This document shows, piece by piece, positions 44,084 through 50,048 of a stretch of DNA of 50,048 nt (positions are counted from its first letter, which is position 1; each line of letters opens with the position of its first letter). The notes under the pieces are model-generated. The model searched no databases, was not told where the DNA came from, and was given only the letters and a program-made list of their open reading frames with translations. The position numbers and the translations under genes were made by a program. Source of the stretch: Escherichia phage vB_EcoS_IME347; the sequence record MH051918; one strand, given 5' to 3'.

Positions 44084-44463
44084 AAAGAACAATCTTAGCT
44101 TGCTGCATTGCATTCGCTATCAGCACAATGACGGGCTGCGCTTTAAATCCGCTGGATGCGCTGACAGGTAAACCCGAAGTATCTGCGCAGGTTGGCGCGG
44201 AGAACGTAAAGCAGGGGATCGGCGTCACAGCAAAGAACGAGCAGAAGAGCGAAACCAACGTGAAGGATTCGCAGATCGGGAAGGTTGACTCCTCCACCAA
44301 GAAAACGGAGAGCATTAAGGCGGGAACCATTCAGGCCGAACGCATCGAAGTAAACAATGGTGGCGGTTGGGACTATTTCGGATTCGGCTTTATCGTGGCG
44401 TGGGTACTGGCGGCGCTGTTAGTGTGGGCTGTGGAATACCGGAAAAAACACAAGGAGGCTTAG
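44080..44463 (+). CDS. unimolecular spanin (lipoprotein signal + C-terminal TMD)
   Basis: ATGA overlap with the endolysin; lipobox-like MTGC near the N-terminus and C-terminal [23 protein letters not shown], as in the T1 gp11-type u-spanin. Confidence 0.6.
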   Translation: MKRTILACCIAFAISTMTGCALNPLDALTGKPEVSAQVGAENVKQGIGVTAKNEQKSETNVKDSQIGKVDSSTKKTESIKAGTIQAERIEVNNGGGWDYFGFGFIVAWVLAALLVWAVEYRKKHKEA

Positions 44464-44478
44464 GCCTCCTTTTTTTAT
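44445..44478. terminator. bidirectional intrinsic terminator
   Basis: aaaaaacacaaggaggc-ttag-gcctcc followed by a T7 run, between the lysis cassette and the - strand array. Confidence 0.65.
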
Positions 44479-44598
44479 TCGTACCGGGTAGCGCTCAGAA
44501 TGCAAATTCCGTCGTCGTCTGCGAGGTTGTGACACTTCGCGCCTGATGCCCGCATAGACGACAGGAGGAGCGAAAGTATCGCTGTATTAAACTCCTCC

Positions 44599-44994
44599 TC
44601 ACTGAGCTTGTGCCTTGCGCACAATTCTACGTTCGAATCTATCAACATTTCTATTCTTGCCGAAGAGTTCTTCATCACTCAATTCCTCAATATGCATCAT
44701 TTCCCACGTATAGCGATTGCGATATCCCTCAAGGCAAGCGAATTGCATCATCACCGGGCGCTTACGCTTCCCTTTGCAGAAGTATTCCTGACCAACCCGA
44801 TCCAGATACCCCTCAGTCATGCAGCGAGCGCAAAACTCCTTTGACAACGCACTCGTGAAAGTGCGCTTATCAAGATCTGCATTTCGTGCCATACGCTCAG
44901 TTTCTGGATGCCCGTAAATGAACCGGGCAATATGCTGACGTGTGTACTTGTCGTAACCCTCACAGAATTTGAACAGGTCAAGCAGAATCATCAC
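44599..44994 (-). CDS. hypothetical Cys-containing protein (131 aa)
   Basis: ORF in track directly downstream of the ATPase gene; the alternative overlapping ORF 44475..44678 (-) cannot be excluded. Confidence 0.4.
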   Translation of the reverse strand: MMILLDLFKFCEGYDKYTRQHIARFIYGHPETERMARNADLDKRTFTSALSKEFCARCMTEGYLDRVGQEYFCKGKRKRPVMMQFACLEGYRNRYTWEMMHIEELSDEELFGKNRNVDRFERRIVRKAQAQ

Positions 44995-45003
44995 TTCATC
45001 ACC

Positions 45004-46566
45004 TTACATTAAGCGCGGATTGATATAAATGTTGTCGTCCACACGGCAAACGTAATTCATGCTTTCCAGCGTTTCCAGCAACGTTTCGATACGCTCCGCA
45101 ACCTTTTGCTGCCCGTTAAACGGAGTGACGTTCCGGCACTTCGCGATCACGCTCTGAATCTGCGCCCGGCCTTTGTTCTTTTTGGCGATCTCACTAACCA
45201 CGTCGATAAGCTTGCGTGATTCAGCTTCATCACCTGCGAAACCTGCGGCGTTTGCAGACGAGAGATAAGTTTTTGACAACTCGTTAAACGTCATGATCGC
45301 TTCCTGCATTGTGTCCAAGTCGATCTCACGATTCGCCCGGTTCGGCTTCTCACCAGCCCAATTCTTGATCGTGTGAATCACGGACGCGATACGAATTACG
45401 TGTTTATCGAATTTCCCCAAGTGACCGCGCAACATGGAGTGTGAGTATTTCCCGCCCGCCGCGAAGCTGGCTTCCATATCCTGACGAGCAAGGTTCAGCG
45501 CTCGGGTTGCGTGAAGGCTCAGGCTGAAAACTACCTTCTCTTCGTTCATGACGTTATGAACGAGGCGGTAATATTTGCTCACGAGCGCCTTGTCAACTGG
45601 CTTGTAAACTGCGTCGCCGTTCTCGTCACACAATACGCGAGTACCCAAACGAGGCTCTTCGCGAACCAGTAAGAAACGCTCGGAAACACCGATACCGCGC
45701 TGACCTGCATCCATGATGCCCTTGATTGTTTCGTCCTGCGCGATTACGCAAATTGCACCAACCGGACGTAAAGAAAGGTTGTTGTCCTGATTGGATCGAG
45801 CTACTTCCATATGGTTCATATCCCAAGCCTTCAGGATTAGCTCGCTGTTCGACTTCTTATCAGTCCCGCCATACGTCAAACCGAGAAGTGTATTGATTGC
45901 CGTCGCTTCGTCCGAGATAACGGAGAAGTTACCCTGAATCGCCGCAACCTTAGCCAAACCCTCTGGAGTAGGATCGGAAACCGCAAACACAACGTTAGCA
46001 GCCTTTTTGAGCTTCTCTTCGATTTTCTCCTTCTCTTCGTACAGGGCAACCATTGAGTTTCCTTTTACGTCGTTCTTGATCTCCTTTTCGATCTTGCGGA
46101 GTTCCCCGGCGAGGCGTGAACGTTCGGCCTTACGCTTCTCGTTGATGCGGTCAATCTCTGCTCGCATCGGGTTAATGGCTGCGGAGTTGATCGCAGATTT
46201 ACCCGTTGACGGCGGCTGGCTGATTACCATGTAAAGTGCGGTTGGCTGCTCTTCACCGTGATAGTCAACCCAAAAGCGACCGAGCATCGCGGCGGACATA
46301 CATCCGATAAAGTGAGCGTATGCGGACGAAACCGGGAATTGCACTGATTCAGCTTTAGCCTTTGCGTATTCGTAAACGAGGTTATCGCCACCGAGGGAAA
46401 TCAACGGAAAACGATCGTTGCCGCTGTTAATCTCTTCGGGCTTATCCCAAAAAGCAAATGAATCCGAGAAGCCGTTTTCGCGAATAGCGATCGCCACCGG
46501 ATTTACTCCAGTAGCTGCGGCGATTTCTTGGATCTGATTGATGGAAAGTTTATTTTGGAAGAACAT
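45004..46566 (-). CDS. P-loop ATPase, putative replicative helicase/primase-associated (DUF3987-like)
   Basis: Walker A ISQPPSTGKSA and Walker B-like VISDEAT; 520 aa; preceded by a motif module at 46585-46637. Confidence 0.55.
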   Translation of the reverse strand: MFFQNKLSINQIQEIAAATGVNPVAIAIRENGFSDSFAFWDKPEEINSGNDRFPLISLGGDNLVYEYAKAKAESVQFPVSSAYAHFIGCMSAAMLGRFWVDYHGEEQPTALYMVISQPPSTGKSAINSAAINPMRAEIDRINEKRKAERSRLAGELRKIEKEIKNDVKGNSMVALYEEKEKIEEKLKKAANVVFAVSDPTPEGLAKVAAIQGNFSVISDEATAINTLLGLTYGGTDKKSNSELILKAWDMNHMEVARSNQDNNLSLRPVGAICVIAQDETIKGIMDAGQRGIGVSERFLLVREEPRLGTRVLCDENGDAVYKPVDKALVSKYYRLVHNVMNEEKVVFSLSLHATRALNLARQDMEASFAAGGKYSHSMLRGHLGKFDKHVIRIASVIHTIKNWAGEKPNRANREIDLDTMQEAIMTFNELSKTYLSSANAAGFAGDEAESRKLIDVVSEIAKKNKGRAQIQSVIAKCRNVTPFNGQQKVAERIETLLETLESMNYVCRVDDNIYINPRLM

Positions 46567-46619
46567 CGTTTTAACTCCTTATTGGACGGGGTAAATTATA
46601 CCCCGCCCATACTACACGC

Positions 46620-46637
46620 TTTTAGCTATTTGTGCCA
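46620..46637 (-). promoter_or_regulatory. intergenic motif copy (reverse) with hairpin carrying TATAAT
   Basis: On the - strand: TGGCACAAATAGCTAAAA overlapping stop of gene 46642..47058, then stem ggggtataatttacccc. Confidence 0.5.
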
Positions 46638-46641
46638 TTCG

Positions 46642-47058
46642 TTACAAGTATTTCGCTTCGAACGTTGTCCCGTCCGCGATGGAGAATCCCACCTCTTCGC
46701 GGAACAGAGTCCAGCGACATCCTTCGCTATCGAAGATGTACCCGGCGACGCCACCGAGCGCCCGACCACTTTCAACCTGATAGCGCTTGCCTACTTTGAA
46801 GGACTTCTTCATCGGATTCTTGTGATCAAGCCCGGTACACTTCAGGGTTTTCGTTTTCAACTCGGTGAACTTCGCAAAGTGTATTTCATCGACGTTGTGG
46901 ATCTGGAATTCGTCATGCTTTCCGAGCGGGTAAAACTTTCCGTCAGGGTGCTTTACTTCTCGCGTACCGTCGTCATGCTCGCGGCCTTTATACAGGTTGT
47001 TTGTTGTGAATCCGGTAACTGATTCCGCTGAAGTGCATTTCAGTTTGATAGTTTTCAT
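46642..47058 (-). CDS. hypothetical protein (138 aa)
   Basis: RBS AGAAGGAA on the - strand; N-terminal MKTIKLKCT...FTTNNLYKG motif is related to ORF 4726/7442/43070. Confidence 0.5.
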   Translation of the reverse strand: MKTIKLKCTSAESVTGFTTNNLYKGREHDDGTREVKHPDGKFYPLGKHDEFQIHNVDEIHFAKFTELKTKTLKCTGLDHKNPMKKSFKVGKRYQVESGRALGGVAGYIFDSEGCRWTLFREEVGFSIADGTTFEAKYL

Positions 47059-47124
47059 CGATTCATTCCTTCTGATTGGTTATCTTGAATAAGGCCACTA
47101 TATCAAATGGCCTTACGGCAATAT

Positions 47125-47143
47125 TAACAAATCGTGCTATTTA
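47125..47143 (-). promoter_or_regulatory. intergenic motif copy (reverse) with hairpin carrying TGATATAGT
   Basis: On the - strand: AAATAGCACGATTTGTTAA overlapping the stop of gene 47141..47386, followed by aaggcca..tggcctt around TGATATAGT, nearly identical to the module at 3640-3690. Confidence 0.5.
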
Positions 47144-47386
47144 CCAAGGAATATAATCCTTTCCCGGCTCCGAATCATCTTCGGCGGTCATAACGAAATT
47201 TGGATCGAATTCGCTTTCTGCATCCATATCCATTTCACCAAGAGCCTGTTCCAAGGTTAAATCCTGATACGCAACTTTGATACAATATTCGCGATTCAGT
47301 CCGGCATCCTGCGCAGTTAAAAAACGATGCCAGAAGTTATCATCATTATTTTTGCAAGGTGCATTGGTCATTTCGATTAACTCCAC
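47141..47386 (-). CDS. hypothetical acidic protein (81 aa)
   Basis: ORF in track; overlapping start of the downstream gene. Confidence 0.45.
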   Translation of the reverse strand: MELIEMTNAPCKNNDDNFWHRFLTAQDAGLNREYCIKVAYQDLTLEQALGEMDMDAESEFDPNFVMTAEDDSEPGKDYIPW

Positions 47387-47601
47387 GCATTGATGTAGAT
47401 TGAGTTTTCGACAAGCATCGCGCGGATATCCGGCATTGATGCATTTACCAGCTTTCCGCCCGGAATGGTCCCGACGATGTTATTTCCACGGGAACCTTTC
47501 GTTACGGTAATAACATTAAAGCCTGAAGCGCGATCCAGTTTGATGGTCACTTTGCCTTTTGCTTCGTAGTGCTTGATAATGCTATTTGCTTTAGAGTTCA
47601 T
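47377..47601 (-). CDS. hypothetical protein (74 aa)
   Basis: ORF in track preceded on the - strand by a motif module (47640-47687). Confidence 0.45.
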   Translation of the reverse strand: MNSKANSIIKHYEAKGKVTIKLDRASGFNVITVTKGSRGNNIVGTIPGGKLVNASMPDIRAMLVENSIYINAWS

Positions 47602-47666
47602 CTTTATTTCCTTGTTTTGTCGTTTCGTTTCGATGGGGTGATAATATCAAATCACCCCGAGGTTGT

Positions 47667-47686
47667 TTTAGCAATTCGTGCTATTT
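47667..47686 (-). promoter_or_regulatory. intergenic motif copy (reverse; AAAATAGCACGAATTGCTAAAA on - strand)
   Basis: Exact consensus in reverse orientation, followed on the - strand by hairpin ggggtgat..atcacccc. Confidence 0.5.
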
Positions 47687-47827
47687 TGAAATGCGATATT
47701 GCATTCCGCTCAAGTCCTCAGGCGACACCGAATAACACGGCTCCCAAGTTCCGTTGACCTTATTGTATTTGCGCACACCTCCAGCGATGCGATACATGCC
47801 GCCGTTATTGTCGTAATAAGTAATCAT
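47681..47827 (-). CDS. small hypothetical protein (48 aa)
   Basis: ATGA overlap with the stop of gene 47824..48147; stop TAG inside the motif copy; below track cutoff. Confidence 0.3.
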   Translation of the reverse strand: MITYYDNNGGMYRIAGGVRKYNKVNGTWEPCYSVSPEDLSGMQYRISK

Positions 47828-48147
47828 TGCTTTCCGTCCCACGTCGTGTACATGGTGGACAATCGAACCTTATTCCGTTTCTTCATGTCCTCGTAGCCGT
47901 TGCTCTGCATTTCACGGAATCGAATGATTTCCTCTTTCGTTTCACGATCCGCAATTACGCGAGAGCTTGCACCATTCAGGAAAGCAACCCGGCTTAAATA
48001 GTCGGATCCGTACTTACGAACGCAAGCGGCAACGGTTCTCTCCATGATGTGGACTTGCAGATCCTTCGCGGCCTTCTCTACAGTATCCCCGATACTGCCG
48101 CCCCAGTGAACATCATGATTGACGCGCAACTCATAAACCTTGCTCAT
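47824..48147 (-). CDS. hypothetical protein (107 aa)
   Basis: ORF in track; overlapping start/stop with neighbours. Confidence 0.45.
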   Translation of the reverse strand: MSKVYELRVNHDVHWGGSIGDTVEKAAKDLQVHIMERTVAACVRKYGSDYLSRVAFLNGASSRVIADRETKEEIIRFREMQSNGYEDMKKRNKVRLSTMYTTWDGKQ

Positions 48148-48368
48148 AATTTAACCTCATTGAATTCGATGAAATCTTGGACATAGGCGCATTCTTTCGC
48201 GTCCTCTTGCCCGGTTAACACTTCACACCCGCCATTGAAGAGCAAGCAACCCGAGCACAAATTGCCGGGGAAATGCTCCTCAACAATCGCAATCCCGGTA
48301 CAACGTCCGCCGCCGAAACGGTGCGGGAAGTCATACGCGCGACAATTGCAGGTTACTTGCTTTCGCAT
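48144..48368 (-). CDS. small Cys-rich protein (74 aa), possible metal-binding
   Basis: Eight cysteines including CNC, CSGC and GGC clusters; ORF in track. Confidence 0.45.
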   Translation of the reverse strand: MRKQVTCNCRAYDFPHRFGGGRCTGIAIVEEHFPGNLCSGCLLFNGGCEVLTGQEDAKECAYVQDFIEFNEVKL

Positions 48369-48556
48369 TATTCCGCCTCAGACACAATCACAGGCTCCAG
48401 CTTTTCAAGGCGAACCCGAAAGCTTTCCATGAAAGACTTGCGCTTGATTAAATCTTCGAAAGTCTCAACGGCGATTGATGCGCGATCTCCGCAATAACAG
48501 ACATTCTCTTTCCCGCTTTCTTTGCTGCGGGCAACTACCCGGTAAATTTTGCTCAC
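48368..48556 (-). CDS. small hypothetical protein (about 62 aa)
   Basis: Track ORF 48368..48604 would overlap the upstream gene; a GTG at 48556 overlapping that gene's TGA gives a non-overlapping start; uncertain. Confidence 0.3.
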   Translation of the reverse strand: MSKIYRVVARSKESGKENVCYCGDRASIAVETFEDLIKRKSFMESFRVRLEKLEPVIVSEAE

Positions 48557-48798
48557 TGCACTGGCTCCCCGTCTAACAAGATGAATACCGCTTCGATGAT
48601 GCATTGCGCTTTGGTCAGTGGCTGAACATCACGCCCGGCAATCTGCCACTTTTTGCCAGCGACGTGATTCACGGTTAAGCTTTTCCCGCCCCTGCACACG
48701 ATGAAATACTTCTGCTCCATCATGCCTTTGGTGTTTACCTCACCGACGACAACGCCATTATCCGTTGCGAAGTCGATCGCGTCAGTTACCTTGTTCAT
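48553..48798 (-). CDS. hypothetical protein (81 aa)
   Basis: ORF in track preceded on the - strand by a motif module (48858-48879). Confidence 0.45.
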   Translation of the reverse strand: MNKVTDAIDFATDNGVVVGEVNTKGMMEQKYFIVCRGGKSLTVNHVAGKKWQIAGRDVQPLTKAQCIIEAVFILLDGEPVQ

Positions 48799-48857
48799 TG
48801 CCTTAATCTCCGTGATTCGTTTCGATGGGGTAATTATGCCAAACTACCCCGATCGCG

Positions 48858-48879
48858 TTTTAACAAAAAGTGCTATTTA
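48858..48879 (-). promoter_or_regulatory. intergenic motif copy (reverse variant) with hairpin
   Basis: On the - strand: AAATAGCACTTTTTGTTAAAA overlapping stop of gene 48877..49194, followed by ggggtagtttggcataattacccc. Confidence 0.5.
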
Positions 48880-49194
48880 GAGCGACTCTTCCAGAATTTG
48901 ACGGATGCGGTTGATTGCCTGTAACTTCATGAGATCCCACGAGTGAGATCCGGCGTTCGGTAATTCGTCAAACAGGTTGCTCACCATATCCGTGACCTGC
49001 TCAATACCGGCCTCTTTTGCAGCCTGTTCCAGTGTCGGCTCGGTGACGTCAATCCAGATACCGTCCTTAATGAATTTCGCGACAGGCGGACGATAGGCCA
49101 GTTCCATTTCGATCCCGTCCGCGCCCATAAGGAAGAAAGTCCCGTTGCGTTCGATGAAGTACATTTTCAGTTTGGTGTGGAAATACTTTTTCAT
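48877..49194 (-). CDS. hypothetical protein (105 aa)
   Basis: ORF in track. Confidence 0.45.
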   Translation of the reverse strand: MKKYFHTKLKMYFIERNGTFFLMGADGIEMELAYRPPVAKFIKDGIWIDVTEPTLEQAAKEAGIEQVTDMVSNLFDELPNAGSHSWDLMKLQAINRIRQILEESL

Positions 49195-49206
49195 GGTTAT
49201 TATTCC

Positions 49207-49437
49207 TTATGCAATGATGAATTTGAAAAGGTCTGCGCCGTAAGCCGTGCGAACAACACAACTCCACGCTGCGCGGCCTTCATGTCCGGAGTCAAGATTA
49301 ACCTGAATCTTAAAGCCAATGCGATCGGTCACGAATACTTTTCCGTCCTCGCGGGTTGCGGTGTACTGATTGCCGGAAACGAAAGCGGCATCACCGAGGG
49401 AGTTAGAAGCAAACACACAAATCATTTTCTTGGTCAT
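49207..49437 (-). CDS. hypothetical protein (76 aa)
   Basis: ORF in track; RBS on the - strand. Confidence 0.45.
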   Translation of the reverse strand: MTKKMICVFASNSLGDAAFVSGNQYTATREDGKVFVTDRIGFKIQVNLDSGHEGRAAWSCVVRTAYGADLFKFIIA

Positions 49438-49497
49438 TTTTGGGAAATCTCTCTGATTGGTTGATGTGTTAAGTATGCCCCGAATCCGATCAGGGCG

Positions 49498-49515
49498 TTT
49501 AGCAATTCGTGCGGT
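49498..49515 (-). promoter_or_regulatory. intergenic motif copy (reverse) with hairpin
   Basis: On the - strand: CCGCACGAATTGCTAAAC immediately after the stop of gene 49516..49794, followed by hairpin gccctgatcggattcggggc. Confidence 0.45.
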
Positions 49516-49794
49516 TTAGATAGATTTCTTCGCAACCTTGTATGCTTCCTTGAAAGCCGGAACATCTTCGATTTCAATCCAGAAGCCGGAGCCATAACCA
49601 TCCTCATAGCAAGGGCACTGATCGCAATAGTCGCCCCAAGTTTTCTCAACGCCACCGATAGAAAACCCTGTGGACATTTCGCAAAGCGCTTCCTCTACAG
49701 CTTCGATCTTGTCGGCGTCGTTGTCCATGATTACAAAGTTCCACTTGCCGTTGTATTCAGTACCGAGTTTGATAGATTCGCGCTTGAGTTTCAT
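49516..49794 (-). CDS. hypothetical acidic protein (92 aa)
   Basis: ORF in track; first gene of the leftward array. Confidence 0.45.
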   Translation of the reverse strand: MKLKRESIKLGTEYNGKWNFVIMDNDADKIEAVEEALCEMSTGFSIGGVEKTWGDYCDQCPCYEDGYGSGFWIEIEDVPAFKEAYKVAKKSI

Positions 49795-49860
49795 GAGTTG
49801 CTCCGTTGTTTTGTGTGCTTCGTTTCGATGAGTGTATTATGCCAAACCAAGCCGATCGAT

Positions 49861-49880
49861 GTTTAGCAAAAAGTGCTATT
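49861..49880 (-). promoter_or_regulatory. intergenic motif copy (reverse variant) at the head of the leftward array
   Basis: On the - strand: AATAGCACTTTTTGCTAAAC, upstream of gene 49516..49794. Confidence 0.45.
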
Positions 49881-50048
49881 CCTGAAATTGTCGATTATTC
49901 CACCGATTCTGGAATAACTGGAATACTTGATGATTACTCATGATTGCAAATGACAAGTTGTGATTATTGCGTGATGTGGAATGATTGCTGTGATTGTTGC
50001 TTGTAATGCAATGAATGTGGAGGGGAGATTATTATGATGCGCTCCTCG

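Noticed and set aside
44475-44678. 67-aa ORF on the - strand overlapping the 3' end of gene 44599..44994
   Set aside because: Overlaps a longer ORF by 80 nt in another frame; one of the two is probably spurious and the longer one was retained. It cannot be fully excluded because it ends right at the terminator.
1-50048. Integrase, excisionase, CI-type repressor or attachment site indicating a temperate phage or prophage
   Set aside because: No tyrosine/serine recombinase-like ORF, no flanking host genes and no att-like direct repeats were recognised; the content is consistent with a virulent phage.

Overview
The window reads as a nearly complete genome of a virulent T1-like siphovirus (Drexlerviridae/Tunavirus-type organisation); this identification is inferred from gene content and synteny only, since no similarity search could be run. 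Layout: (i) control region A (1-450), an AT-rich divergent regulatory region; (ii) a + strand array of about 30 small early ORFs (451-9533), split into cassettes by a reiterated palindromic motif and closed by an intrinsic terminator; (iii) a + strand packaging, head and lambda-like tail module (9615-29683): TerS, TerL, portal, head morphogenesis, scaffold-like protein, two paralogous capsid-associated proteins, major capsid protein, head-tail joining genes, major tail protein, G and G-T chaperones with a candidate -1 frameshift, tape measure, and M/L/K/I/J homologues; (iv) a - strand three-gene unit of unknown function (29715-31096); (v) control region B (31097-31609), which shares operator-like repeats with region A; (vi) recombination genes (exonuclease, Erf-like annealing protein, SSB), a - strand lateral tail fiber, primase and HTH protein, then + strand helicase, VRR-NUC nuclease, Dam-type methyltransferase, an HTH-fused metallophosphoesterase and a lysis cassette (pinholin-like holin, SAR-type GH24 endolysin, unimolecular spanin); (vii) a second - strand array of small early-type ORFs (44599-49794) using the same motif. 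No integrase, repressor, tRNA or CRISPR array was found. Most notable observations: the roughly 30-copy intergenic motif that embeds the upstream stop codon and precedes a hairpin carrying an extended -10; an in-frame amber codon interrupting a Pro/Glu-rich tail of a capsid-associated paralog; a HAD phosphatase plus dNMP-kinase-like pair; and the HTH-metallophosphoesterase. Coordinates of short ORFs and all functional calls rest on motif recognition by eye and should be treated as hypotheses.
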